Source: Roseibacillus sp.
Lineage (GTDB): Bacteria; Verrucomicrobiota; Verrucomicrobiia; Verrucomicrobiales; Akkermansiaceae
Length of the DNA: 64,000 nt
Reading direction: 5' to 3'
NCBI GenBank assembly: GCA_051251855.1
Contig: JBPOGI010000001.1
Coordinates: 32,001-96,000 of the forward strand
Part shown: in pieces, positions 29,490 to 39,428 of the stretch
Layout of the letters: the number at the start of each line of letters is the position of its first letter
Numbering within the stretch: the first letter of the stretch is position 1
Notes under the pieces: generated by a model
Database searches by the model: none
The model's input: only the letters and a program-made list of their open reading frames with translations
Told to the model about the DNA's origin: nothing
Made by a program: the position numbers and the translations under genes

Positions 29490-29816
29490 CTAAGCGCTGA
29501 GGTCTTTGATGTCGCCACTGGCGTTCTTGATGATGGACTGAATCCCGTTCTTAAGGCCTGACCCAGTCTTATACTGTTGGCTTTGGCCGATAATCTGGCC
29601 GTTGCCCGCCTTGAGAGTGAAGTAGCCTTTGCCGTTGGCCGCTTCTTTGGTTTCGAAGTTGTCGACGGTGGTGGCGTTCTTCTTAACGGACTCGATGCCG
29701 TTGAGGGCCGCGGGTTTGTCTTTGTAGGCTTGGCTTTGGAGGATAATTTCGCCGTTGCCCGCTTTCATGCGGAAGTGAAATTTGCTCGTTTTTTCGCTCT
29801 GAAATAGTTCAAACAT
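29490..29816 (-). CDS. YegP-family protein (two DUF1508 repeats)
   Basis: FRMKAGNGEIILQSQAY...NGIESVKKN repeated as FTLKAGNGQIIGQSQQY...NGIQSIIKN. Confidence 0.92.
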   Translation of the reverse strand: MFELFQSEKTSKFHFRMKAGNGEIILQSQAYKDKPAALNGIESVKKNATTVDNFETKEAANGKGYFTLKAGNGQIIGQSQQYKTGSGLKNGIQSIIKNASGDIKDLSA

Positions 29817-29990
29817 CGTTTTTGGAGGTTGGGGTTGTCTATTTTGATGAGCCGACATCGACTCGACAGCTATAAAAAGAACAAAATTCTGTGTGAAGTC
29901 ACCTAAAATCGGTGGCCTGATGGCGGCATTCGCGGAATTCGATCTCCTCAAGCCGTTGATGGAGGGGCAGCATCTGGACTTACCTTTGCT

Positions 29991-31934
29991 ATGAGTGCAC
30001 CGAATTCTTCCGACTACCTAGAAAAGCTGAAGCAGGTTTTTGGCTTTGGTTCGCTGAGGTCAGGTCAGAAAGAGGTGGTGGAGATCCTACTAGGAGGGCG
30101 TTCGGCGTTGGCTATTTTTCCAACGGGGGGAGGGAAAAGTCTTTGTTATCAATTGCCAGCGTTGATGTGGCCGGGGCTGACGTTGGTGGTTTCTCCACTG
30201 ATGGCCTTGATGCGTGAGCAAGTGGACTTTTTGAGGGAGAAGGGAGTCGCTGCTGAGAAGTTGGATAGCTCGCTGGATGCCGACGGGGTGCAGGAGGTGT
30301 ATCGGAAGCTGAGGGCAGGGGAAGTGCAGCTGTTGTATGTGGCGCCGGAACGTTTCGCGAACGAGCGGTTTCGGAATGCGTTGAAGGGGTGTGACATCGA
30401 GTTGCTGGCGGTGGATGAGGCCCATTGTATCTCGGAATGGGGCCATAATTTTCGGCCTGACTACCTGAAGTTGGCGGAGGCGGCAGTGCAGTTTGGGATT
30501 AAGCGGTGTTTGGCGCTGACGGCGACGGCGACGCCTGGGGTGGCGAAGGATATTCAGCGGGCCTTTAAGATTACCGATGAGGATGCGGTTCAGACGGGGT
30601 TTAGGAGGGAAAACTTGGCTTTGCACGTGACCCCTTGTTCCTTGCAGCAGCGCGATGAGCTTTTGGTTGAAAAAGTAACGGCGTTGGAGGGTGCTGTGAT
30701 TGTCTATGTGACCTTGCAGCAGACGGCAGAAGCGGTTTCGGGTGTCTTGCAGCGGGCGGGGGTGTCGGCGCGGGCTTATCACGCTGGGATGAGGGGCGAA
30801 GCGCGTGAAGAAGTACAGAGCGCGTTCATGAATGATGAGGTGCGCGTGGTGGTGGCGACGATTGCCTTTGGGATGGGGATTGATAAAGGGGGGATTCGGG
30901 CTGTGTTCCACTATAATTTACCCAAGACACTGGAGAACTATGTACAGGAGGTGGGGCGAGCGGGGCGCGATGGGAAGCCTTCGCATTGTGAGGTGCTGGC
31001 TTGTTTGGATGATTTGGTGACGCTGGAGAACTTTATTTATGGAGACACCCCTGATCCGCAGGCCATTAAGAGTGTCGCGGAGCACGTCTTGTTAGTGGGA
31101 GAGGAGTTTGACATCAGTCTTTATGAGTTGAGTCGTGGCTGCGATGTGAAGCCGGTGGTGATGGAGACTTTACTGGCTTATCTGGAGTTGGAGGGCTGGA
31201 TTGAGTCTCGAGGGGCTTTCTATGCGGCGCGGGCGCTTCGGTTTCTGCGAGGGGAAAAGCAAACCTTGGCGGGCCATACTCCAGAAAGGCGAGAGTTTCT
31301 CGAAAAGCTCTTTGCGACAGGGAAGATGGGGCGGAGTTGGTTGAACTTGTCGCTTGAGGAGTCGGCTGAGCAATTAGGAGAGTCGACGGAGAAGATTGCC
31401 AAGGCCTTGGATTGGCTGGAGGCCCATGGTGATATTGTGGTGAAGCCTTCAAAGGTGAGAAAGCGCTTCCGTCGGCTCAAAGAGGCGGATGCGACCATTG
31501 TTAAAGAACTTTCGGAGAAGATGGGGCGGGTTTTTGAGGGGAGAGAGGACCGAGATGTAGGGCGTTTGGAAAGTGTGGTTACCTTTTTGGGATCGAGTCA
31601 GTGTCTCACGACTCAGTTGTTAGATTACTTTGGGGAAATCGATGCGGAGGTTTGCGGTCAGTGCAGTTCTTGTCAGGGCAAGGGGGCGACTTTGCCCGAG
31701 AGGAGTTACCAGGAGCTAAGCCTGGAAGATGTGGAGTTGATTCAGACTTTGATTGCGGAGAGACAAGCGGCTTTGCGGACTCCGCGTCAATTGGCGCGAT
31801 TTTTGTGTGGAATCGCCAGTCCAGCGAGCACGGGATCCGGTCTCAAGCGCCATCGAGCGCATGGGATTTTCGCTAATTTGCCCTTTTTGGAGGTTTTAGC
31901 GACCGTTCAAGCACTTGGGAAACATAGAATTTAA
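29991..31934 (+). CDS. recQ: RecQ-family ATP-dependent DNA helicase
   Basis: PTGGGKSLCYQ, VDEAHCISEWGHNFRPDY, ATIAFGMGID, QEVGRAGRDG, Zn site CGQCSSC. Confidence 0.92.
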   Translation: MSAPNSSDYLEKLKQVFGFGSLRSGQKEVVEILLGGRSALAIFPTGGGKSLCYQLPALMWPGLTLVVSPLMALMREQVDFLREKGVAAEKLDSSLDADGVQEVYRKLRAGEVQLLYVAPERFANERFRNALKGCDIELLAVDEAHCISEWGHNFRPDYLKLAEAAVQFGIKRCLALTATATPGVAKDIQRAFKITDEDAVQTGFRRENLALHVTPCSLQQRDELLVEKVTALEGAVIVYVTLQQTAEAVSGVLQRAGVSARAYHAGMRGEAREEVQSAFMNDEVRVVVATIAFGMGIDKGGIRAVFHYNLPKTLENYVQEVGRAGRDGKPSHCEVLACLDDLVTLENFIYGDTPDPQAIKSVAEHVLLVGEEFDISLYELSRGCDVKPVVMETLLAYLELEGWIESRGAFYAARALRFLRGEKQTLAGHTPERREFLEKLFATGKMGRSWLNLSLEESAEQLGESTEKIAKALDWLEAHGDIVVKPSKVRKRFRRLKEADATIVKELSEKMGRVFEGREDRDVGRLESVVTFLGSSQCLTTQLLDYFGEIDAEVCGQCSSCQGKGATLPERSYQELSLEDVELIQTLIAERQAALRTPRQLARFLCGIASPASTGSGLKRHRAHGIFANLPFLEVLATVQALGKHRI

Positions 31935-32025
31935 AGGTTAGAATTCATTTTTTCTTAGGGACATTTTTAGCTGATTTTGGGCTGAATACTGGGGATCTGT
32001 ATATTCCCGTCTGCGGTCATCTAGG

Positions 32026-32042
32026 TTATAAGTGACTTATAA
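32026..32042. promoter_or_regulatory. 8-1-8 palindrome in an AT-rich upstream region, candidate operator
   Basis: TTATAAGT-G-ACTTATAA. Confidence 0.4.
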
Positions 32043-32266
32043 TAAGGGCTCTGTGGTTTTCTCGAGTCCTGTTTTTTAGTTAGGCCACGTTAATTATAAA
32101 TTTAAACTTAAATTAATTAAAATCATTTAGATTAGAAAGTTTTAATAAGAATTTGTAAAAAATACTTCCCTTTCCGTAGAATTTTTATAAAACAGTTGTG
32201 GCTTCTGGAGCAAAACCCTGCTCTAAAACGCCGCTGTTCCCAGTTCACCCTTAGTTCACCCCAAAT

Positions 32267-33793
32267 ATGAATCCTGCTAAAATTGTTCCTTTTGAGCAGC
32301 CTCCCGTTGAGGCTGACAAACTCGCTGTTAGCGATGCTCAGATAGAAGTTGAGAAGCCTCAGTATGAGCTTCGGACCCGTAAGCGCCCCGGTATGGCCCA
32401 CCAGAAGATGGTTGTGACGAGTTTCCTTGGGGACTTGGTCGCCATCGTTGTCGCCCTCTGTATCGGTTACTTGATTCGATTCGAAACTTTCTTGGGAGCA
32501 ATTGGAGTAGAAGATTTGAGCCTGACTCTGAAGAGTTACGCGGGTCACTTGGTTTTCGGAACCGTTGTGATGATTGCCTTGGCCATCAACTACCGTCTGT
32601 ATGACCCCAAGAAGTTCCTGACTTTCCGTCCTATGGTGAAGGCGATTTTTCAGGTTTGTGTTTCTTGGTCCGTTCTTTTCCTTTCTTTAGCTCTGGTTCT
32701 GAAGCTCGACCCTGCAATTAGTCGTATCTATTGTGTGGTCGCTGGTAATACTGCGATGATTGCGCTCTTGGGATGGCGCTATGTCTTCCATACTGCTTTA
32801 CGCTCTTGCGCATGGGGTAAGGCTCTTCGTCAGAAGGTTGTTTTCCTTGGATGGAATGAGGAGTGTGCCGCTGCGGTGAGCCGCATGACTGGTGGCAGCG
32901 CTGAGTTGATTGAAGTGGCAGGTGTGATTCGTCCACAGGATGGAAAATTTGAAGAGGAGCCTCCTGCAGACGTTCCTATTCTTGGTGAGTTTGCTGACCT
33001 TCGTAATTCCCTGCGTGGAGAAGATGCTGATATGTTGATTGCGGTGAACGGCGCTGCAGACCGTGTTGCTCTTATGGAAGTCTCTGAGATTTGTGGACGT
33101 GAGTTCATCGACTTCAAGCTCGTTCCAAGTTGTTTCCAGGTTCTTGTTTCTAGCCTCAAGTTGGAGAACGTGAACGGAATGCCTCTTCTCGGAGTGGGAA
33201 CCCTTCCTCTCCACCATGCTCTTAACAGCATCGTTAAGCGCGCCTTCGATATCGTAGGAGCTCTTGCGGGATTGGCTATCTTTGGACCCATCATCGGAGT
33301 CTTCATGGCAATCGTGCGTGCGGAATCTAAAGGACCCCTCATCTATAAGCAGGTTCGTCTTGGCCTTGACGGAAAACCTTTCGAGATTCTCAAGATTCGC
33401 AGCATGAAGCTGGACGCGGAAGCTTCTGGCGGACCTGGTTGGACCGTTAAGGATGACCCACGTTGCCTTAAGATTGGAGCTTTGATGCGCAAGTGGAACA
33501 TCGACGAGCTTCCCCAGTTCTGGAACGTTCTTTGTGGTGACATGAGCTTGGTTGGACCTCGTCCTGAGCGCCCTGAGTTGATTCACGATTTTAAGGAAGA
33601 CATTCCTCACTACAACTTGCGCCACAACATCAAGCCAGGTTTGACCGGTTGGGCCCAAATTAACGGACTTCGTGGCGACACTTGCCTCAAGACTCGCGTC
33701 AAGTTCGACCTCCATTACATGGAGAACTGGAACTTCCTCTGGGACATCCGCATCATGGCTTTGACTTTCTTCAAGCGCAGCGGAGCCTGTTAA
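32267..33793 (+). CDS. polyprenyl-phosphate sugar-1-phosphate transferase (WcaJ/WbaP-like priming glycosyltransferase)
   Basis: N-terminal TMs, KRAFDI, KIRSM, DELPQFWNVLCGDMSLVGPRPE, KPGLTGWAQ. Confidence 0.93.
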   Translation: MNPAKIVPFEQPPVEADKLAVSDAQIEVEKPQYELRTRKRPGMAHQKMVVTSFLGDLVAIVVALCIGYLIRFETFLGAIGVEDLSLTLKSYAGHLVFGTVVMIALAINYRLYDPKKFLTFRPMVKAIFQVCVSWSVLFLSLALVLKLDPAISRIYCVVAGNTAMIALLGWRYVFHTALRSCAWGKALRQKVVFLGWNEECAAAVSRMTGGSAELIEVAGVIRPQDGKFEEEPPADVPILGEFADLRNSLRGEDADMLIAVNGAADRVALMEVSEICGREFIDFKLVPSCFQVLVSSLKLENVNGMPLLGVGTLPLHHALNSIVKRAFDIVGALAGLAIFGPIIGVFMAIVRAESKGPLIYKQVRLGLDGKPFEILKIRSMKLDAEASGGPGWTVKDDPRCLKIGALMRKWNIDELPQFWNVLCGDMSLVGPRPERPELIHDFKEDIPHYNLRHNIKPGLTGWAQINGLRGDTCLKTRVKFDLHYMENWNFLWDIRIMALTFFKRSGAC

Positions 33794-33815
33794 TCTCTTT
33801 CAAGTAACAAGTAGC

Positions 33816-33848
33816 AAAAAAAAGACGGCCCGATGGGCCGTCTTTTTT
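33816..33848 (+). terminator. Rho-independent terminator
   Basis: AAAAAAAAGACGGCCC-GAT-GGGCCGTCTTTTTT. Confidence 0.9.
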
Positions 33849-33987
33849 GTGATCTAGCGAGAATTGAGAGCACTCAAAATCTGACCTGAAATCGCAAACT
33901 ACGGAAAATGGGGTTTTGGCTTGTTTGAGGGGCAGGGGGCCGGTACGCCAGAGTCCTCGGCAGGATCTGTATCCGCCAGCACACATT

Positions 33988-35562
33988 ATGGCTATTCAAC
34001 GCGCTCTTCTTTCGGTGTCGGACAAGACAGGACTGGTGGTATTTGCACGCCGGTTGGCTGAGGACTTTGGGGTGGAACTCCTTTCGACAGGCGGCACTGC
34101 TTCAGCTTTGCGTGAAGCAGGTCTCGAAGTGACAGATGTGTCGGATTACACGGGGGAGCCTGAGCTTTTTGAAGGCCGCCTTAAGACGCTTCATCCGATG
34201 GTGCATGGAGGACTACTGCAGCGGCGAGACTCTGATGACCATAAGGCTCAGGCAAAGAAGCATAAGATTCCGCCTATCGACCTTGTCGTGGTGAACCTTT
34301 ATCCCTTCGAAGAGACGGTCGCACAAGAGGGAGTGACTCTCGCGGAAGCGATCGAGAAGATCGATATTGGTGGACCTTCTATGTTGCGCAGCGCAGCGAA
34401 AAACTATGCTGCGGTCACGGTGGTGACGGATCCAGGAGACTACGAGCGCGTCTTGGATGAGATGGCGGAAGTGGAGGAGTTGGGAGGAGAAACGACGACG
34501 AAAGGAGAAACGAGTTTGCGCTTGCGGGAAGAGTTGGCGTTGAAGGTTTTTCGTCGCACGAACGAGTATGATGGGGCTATTGCCGATTATCTGGGTAAGT
34601 GCGACAAAGGAACGGCGGGTAACTTTGCGGTTTCTTTGCCGCTGGATCGAGACCTTCGCTATGGAGACAATCCTCATCAGGCAGCTCGTTTGTATGGAAA
34701 TTTCTCGGAGTATTTCTCTCAGTTGCAGGGTAAGGAACTTAGCTATACGAATATTCTCGATATCGAGGCGGCAGCGGATCTGATTTTGGACTTTAAGCGT
34801 CCCACGGTGGGTATTCTGAAGCACACCAATCCCTGTGGAATTGGTCAGGACGACGATGACTTACGCGAGGCGTGGGGGAAGGCCTTTGAGACGGATCGTC
34901 AGGCTCCCTTCGGTGGCGTGATTGTTTGTAACCGCCCTATTGACGAGGGATTGGCGCGTGTGATTTCGGAAATATTCACTGATGTGATCATCGCACCAGA
35001 CTACCTGCCGGAGGCCCGAGCGATTCTCCAGAAGAAGAAGAATCTGAGGTTAATGCACATGCATGAAGCGGCCTATCGAATTGAAAAGAAGGAACAAGTG
35101 GTTCGCTCCTGTCCCGGTGGCCTGATGGTGATGGATCGAGATTATGAGGTCAAAGGCCTCGAGAGTTTGGAAGGAAAAGTAGTCAGTAAGCGTCCGCCGA
35201 CGCAGGAGGAGCTGATCGCGATGCGCTTCGGTTGGCGCGTGGTGAAGCACGTGAAGTCCAACGCGATTGTGTTCTCAGGTTCGGATCGAACTCTCGGTAT
35301 CGGTGCTGGTCAGATGAGCCGAGTCGATTCTTCGAAAATTGCCTGTTGGAAGGCGGAGCAGGCGGGGCTTTCGCTCAAGGGCAGCATTATTGCTTCCGAT
35401 GCCATGTTCCCATTTGCGGACGGTCTTGATGCCGCTATTGAAGCGGGCGCCACGGCTTGTATTCAGCCAGGAGGGTCGATTCGCGATGAAGAAGTGATCG
35501 CTGCTGCCGATGAGGCTGGCCTCGCGATGGTCTTCACTGGGCACCGCCACTTTAGGCATTGA
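33988..35562 (+). CDS. purH: bifunctional AICAR transformylase / IMP cyclohydrolase
   Basis: RALLSVSDKTG, KTLHP, IDIGGP, LRYGDNPHQ, KHTNPCG, GAGQMSRVDS, IQPGGS, RHFRH. Confidence 0.97.
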   Translation: MAIQRALLSVSDKTGLVVFARRLAEDFGVELLSTGGTASALREAGLEVTDVSDYTGEPELFEGRLKTLHPMVHGGLLQRRDSDDHKAQAKKHKIPPIDLVVVNLYPFEETVAQEGVTLAEAIEKIDIGGPSMLRSAAKNYAAVTVVTDPGDYERVLDEMAEVEELGGETTTKGETSLRLREELALKVFRRTNEYDGAIADYLGKCDKGTAGNFAVSLPLDRDLRYGDNPHQAARLYGNFSEYFSQLQGKELSYTNILDIEAAADLILDFKRPTVGILKHTNPCGIGQDDDDLREAWGKAFETDRQAPFGGVIVCNRPIDEGLARVISEIFTDVIIAPDYLPEARAILQKKKNLRLMHMHEAAYRIEKKEQVVRSCPGGLMVMDRDYEVKGLESLEGKVVSKRPPTQEELIAMRFGWRVVKHVKSNAIVFSGSDRTLGIGAGQMSRVDSSKIACWKAEQAGLSLKGSIIASDAMFPFADGLDAAIEAGATACIQPGGSIRDEEVIAAADEAGLAMVFTGHRHFRH

Positions 35563-35681
35563 TAGCTGAGGGGAAGGGTGGTTTTCGTCCAAAAGGCATA
35601 ATCGGTGCATCTTTTCTCGCTGCCTCAGCGTAGCGTTGGACAGTGAGAGTGCTGTCTGCTGATTTCTGTTCTGTTGTCCTG

Positions 35682-36521
35682 ATGAGGATAATTGCGCTCT
35701 CCATCGTTGTGGGAGTTCTTGGAAGTTGTTCGGCAGGCCTTCCTAGAGCCGGTGTTGGTGTGAAGACGAGTTTTGAGTCTCAAAAAGATGTGGTTTATTC
35801 TCCTGCGGCTTGGCCACAGGAGATGAAAGGTGACTTGTATCAACCTGAGGTGGATATGCCTGCGCCTGGGGTTTTGCTAATTCACGGGGGAGGGTGGACG
35901 GGCGGGGATAAGCGTCACCAAATGTCGGCCATCGCCCGACGGTTGGCCAAGCGAGGGTTCGTTGTCTTCAATGCCACTTATCGCACAACCCCCGAGTGGC
36001 AGCATCCGGCGCAATATGAAGACCTCATCCAAGCTCTGAAGTGGATGAAGGCTCACGCAGAGGAGCTGAACCTCGATTCGAATCGACTCGCGACTTTTGG
36101 ATATTCAGCGGGTGGGCACTTGTCAGCATTGGTGGGACTCCAAGCCGAGAAAGAAGGGATTCCGATTCGTGCCATCGTTGCCGGCGGCGCGCCATCTGAT
36201 CTGATGATTACGGATAGTCCTCTTGTGGAGGCGTTATTGGGCGGGCGTAGGGATGAGATGCCAGCCCGTTTCCGTGAAGCCTCTCCCATAAATCATATCA
36301 CCTCCAAAAGCCCGCCTGTGTTTCTCTATCACGCACCCAAGGATTCACTGGTATGGCCGAAGCATGCCTTCGCCTTCGACAAGAAGCTCACTGAGAGTGG
36401 GGTGAAGCATGAGTTGGTTTGGACCTTTGGGTGGGGACACATTTCGGGGTTTCTTCTTCCGGGAAAGGCGATGGGCAATGCCGTAGCCTTCCTCGACGAG
36501 TATCTCAGGACCGAACTATGA
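35682..36521 (+). CDS. alpha/beta hydrolase (HSL-like esterase/lipase), probable lipoprotein
   Basis: IHGGGW oxyanion motif, GYSAGG nucleophile, D..V and GH; LGSC lipobox. Confidence 0.88.
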   Translation: MRIIALSIVVGVLGSCSAGLPRAGVGVKTSFESQKDVVYSPAAWPQEMKGDLYQPEVDMPAPGVLLIHGGGWTGGDKRHQMSAIARRLAKRGFVVFNATYRTTPEWQHPAQYEDLIQALKWMKAHAEELNLDSNRLATFGYSAGGHLSALVGLQAEKEGIPIRAIVAGGAPSDLMITDSPLVEALLGGRRDEMPARFREASPINHITSKSPPVFLYHAPKDSLVWPKHAFAFDKKLTESGVKHELVWTFGWGHISGFLLPGKAMGNAVAFLDEYLRTEL

Positions 36522-36570
36522 TAAAATTGTCCCTTGCTTATCCCCAACTCGATTCCACCTTGCCGCTCTT

Positions 36571-37188
36571 ATGCCTAATATCCTCCTGCACCCAATGACA
36601 ACTCTAGGAATAGGTGCCCTAGGTGGCGCAATTCTCGTTGTTTTACTCCTAGCCTCCTGCTCGGGAACCAATGAAACCCCTCAATTTGTGAAAAGCTATC
36701 GTGACGCAATGACCAGAGCGGGTTCCGACGGTCCTGCTTCGGGAAGCGCAGCTGAAAAGGCTGCTCACGAACGCTTCGGCACCTTCCTCAAAAATGTCGG
36801 TATTCCATCTGCCATCAAGGAAAACACCAGTAAAACCTACGCTAAGGAAGCCTATTTGAACGATACCTTAGTGACCCACTATGGACCGGAGGAAATCGAG
36901 GCCTATTTTCTGAAAACCGCCGACACCATGACTGAGTTTGAGGTCACCATTGATGATGTGGCTCGGTCAGGGGATGACCACTATTTCCGATGGACTATGA
37001 TCTTTGCCGCTCCCAAGTTGGCCAAAGGAACGCCGATTCACTCAGTGGGGATGAGTCAGGTCCGCTTTAACGCCGAAGGGAAGGTTGTCTTCCATCAGGA
37101 CTTCTGGGACTCGGGGGCCAACATCTTTGGACAAGCTCCCGTTTCTGGCGGCATCATCGGAGCTATCCGCAAGCGTATTGCTAAGTAA
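36571..37188 (+). CDS. NTF2/SnoaL-like lipoprotein
   Basis: LLASC lipobox; Y..EAYLNDTL...G..EI..YF...RW.M...GMSQVRF...GKVVFHQDFWD. Confidence 0.8.
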   Translation: MPNILLHPMTTLGIGALGGAILVVLLLASCSGTNETPQFVKSYRDAMTRAGSDGPASGSAAEKAAHERFGTFLKNVGIPSAIKENTSKTYAKEAYLNDTLVTHYGPEEIEAYFLKTADTMTEFEVTIDDVARSGDDHYFRWTMIFAAPKLAKGTPIHSVGMSQVRFNAEGKVVFHQDFWDSGANIFGQAPVSGGIIGAIRKRIAK

Positions 37189-38168
37189 TGAACGAAGTTT
37201 CCCCAGCCTCCACTCATCGCTCAGATGGACTTCTTGCGCTCGCTAAGCGGGTTGTCTGCCAACTGGTGGACTCCGATTACCGTCGTGAGGACCAGCCCGA
37301 TCCAAGCTCTATGCCAGAGAAGGTGAATTGGGAGCGCACCATTGCCTTTATTTTTCTCCATTTGGGTTGTTTCGCTGTGATCTGGGTAGGAGTGAGCCCC
37401 GTGCCTGTAGTCGCTGCCATTGCTCTCTACATCGTGCGCATGTTCGCGATCACTGGATTTTACCACCGCTACTTTTCTCATCGCACTTTCAAAACTTCCC
37501 GTATGGGACAGTTTCTCTTTGCTGTCTTGGGAAATAGTTCGATGCAACGAGGGCCTCTCTGGTGGGCAGCGACGCATCGACATCATCATCAGCATTCTGA
37601 CGAAGAAGAGGACGCTCATTCGCCTTCTGTCAAAGGATTCATGTGGTCACACATCGGCTGGCTGACCTGTGCGAAGAATTTTCCGACCTCTTATGAGTCT
37701 ATCCCAGACCTTAAAAAGTTTCCGGAGTTGGTTTTCCTGAACCGCTTCGATCAGGTGGTGCCCATTGTCTACGGACTGGTGATGTTGGGAACAGGTTGGT
37801 TGTTGGAGAGCTTTGCTCCAGCCCTAGGCACGACAATGTGGCAGTTCTTCGTTTGGACTTTTTTCATCAGCACGGTGATCCTCTTGCATGGAACTCTCTT
37901 CATCAACTCGGTAGCTCATGTCTGGGGGAATAAGCCCTATAAGACTGGGGATGATAGCCGGAATAGTTTTCTACTCGCGATTATCACTTTGGGCGAGGGA
38001 TGGCACAATAATCATCATCGCTATCCTCATTCTACTCGCCAGGGTTTCCGGTGGTGGCAAATCGATGCCACTTATGTCGGTTTGAAATTTCTTTCTTGGA
38101 CAGGACTGATTTGGGACCTGAGGCCGGTTCCTCAGAAGGTTCAAGACGAGGGGTATCCCACTAAATAA
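37188..38168 (+). CDS. acyl-CoA/acyl-lipid desaturase (delta-9 type)
   Basis: His boxes YHRYFSH, HRHHH and GEGWHNNHH; TM segments. Confidence 0.93.
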   Translation: MNEVSPASTHRSDGLLALAKRVVCQLVDSDYRREDQPDPSSMPEKVNWERTIAFIFLHLGCFAVIWVGVSPVPVVAAIALYIVRMFAITGFYHRYFSHRTFKTSRMGQFLFAVLGNSSMQRGPLWWAATHRHHHQHSDEEEDAHSPSVKGFMWSHIGWLTCAKNFPTSYESIPDLKKFPELVFLNRFDQVVPIVYGLVMLGTGWLLESFAPALGTTMWQFFVWTFFISTVILLHGTLFINSVAHVWGNKPYKTGDDSRNSFLLAIITLGEGWHNNHHRYPHSTRQGFRWWQIDATYVGLKFLSWTGLIWDLRPVPQKVQDEGYPTK

Positions 38169-38174
38169 CAAGTC

Positions 38175-39428
38175 ATGAAACGTAAAAAAATAGCAATCAT
38201 CGGCTCCGGGGTTTCAGGGTTGTCTTGCGCGCATTTTTTACATCCTAGGCATGAGGTGACTCTCTTCGAGAAAGATGGCCGAGTCGGTGGTCACTCTCAC
38301 ACTATTTCCATTCAGGAAGAGAAGGAGGAGGTTTCCCTGGATACGGGTTTCATGGTCTATAATGAGGTGACCTATCCCTTGTTGACGCGGCTTTTTAAAG
38401 ATTTAGGAGTTGAGACCAAGCCGACGTCGATGTCCTTCAGCGTTCAGCATGTCCGGGAACGTTTTGAATTTAATGGGAGTGGGTTTGATAAGATTTTTGG
38501 GCAGCGGAAAAACATCTTTTCGCCTCGGTTTTGGAAAATGCTTTTACAGATTAAGCGTTTCAACGAAGAGACGGTAAAGGAACTGGAAGACCCACAGTCG
38601 CCGGGCTGCACTTTGGAAGAATACGTTAAAGAGCGTGGTTATGGGGACGATTTTCTGAAGTGGTATCTCTCTCCGATGGCGGCCGCCGTGTGGTCTAGTC
38701 CGCCAGAACGAATTTCAGCCTTTCCGGCTCACACCTTGATGCGGTTTTGGCACAATCACGGTTTTCTAGGGCTCGATACTCACCACCCTTGGCGGACGGT
38801 TGAGTGCGGGTCTCGCCAATATGTCGAAAAGCTAACGTCACCATTTTCTGACTGCATCGAGAAGGATAGGGGCGTGCAGAAGGTGAGGGGGCGCACCCTC
38901 GTTTTCGCCGACGGTGAGGAACAGGAATTTGATGCCGTCATTTTTGCGTCACACGGAGACCAGTCTCACCGGTTGTTAGAGGATGCCACTGAGCAAGAGG
39001 ATCGACTGCTGGCTTGTTTTCAGTATCAGGACAATGTTGCACTGGTTCATAGTGACCCCAAGTTTATGCCCCAAACAAAGCGGTGTTGGGCCTCTTGGAA
39101 CTACCGTGTCGATGGTGATAAGCACTCGACCCATTACTGGATGAATAGTCTGCAGGGGGTCTCTGAGCGTGATGATTATTTTGTTTCGATTAATCCTCCT
39201 GAGCCAGTGGATGAGGCTTCTGTGAAGCGTCGACTCAACTACGAACATCCCATTTTTGATTTGGATGCCATTGCCGCGCAGGATGAATTGGCTGCTCTTA
39301 ATCAGGCTGGCGATGAGACCGGGCGATATTATTGTGGGGCTTGGCAGCGCTATGGTTTTCACGAAGATGGTATCTGGTCTGCCCATCGCCTGTGCGAACA
39401 ATTGATAGGAGGGGATCCTTGGCCATGA
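38175..39428 (+). CDS. FAD-dependent oxidoreductase (COG2907, UfaD-like)
   Basis: IAIIGSGVSGL, GGHSHT, DTGFMVYNEVTYP, WASWNY, YEHP, GFHEDG. Confidence 0.88.
   Translation: MKRKKIAIIGSGVSGLSCAHFLHPRHEVTLFEKDGRVGGHSHTISIQEEKEEVSLDTGFMVYNEVTYPLLTRLFKDLGVETKPTSMSFSVQHVRERFEFNGSGFDKIFGQRKNIFSPRFWKMLLQIKRFNEETVKELEDPQSPGCTLEEYVKERGYGDDFLKWYLSPMAAAVWSSPPERISAFPAHTLMRFWHNHGFLGLDTHHPWRTVECGSRQYVEKLTSPFSDCIEKDRGVQKVRGRTLVFADGEEQEFDAVIFASHGDQSHRLLEDATEQEDRLLACFQYQDNVALVHSDPKFMPQTKRCWASWNYRVDGDKHSTHYWMNSLQGVSERDDYFVSINPPEPVDEASVKRRLNYEHPIFDLDAIAAQDELAALNQAGDETGRYYCGAWQRYGFHEDGIWSAHRLCEQLIGGDPWP

Noticed and set aside
31935..32266. AT-rich region as a replication origin or dif site
   Set aside because: I found no TTATCCACA DnaA boxes or dif consensus, and the plus-strand G bias looks the same on both sides.
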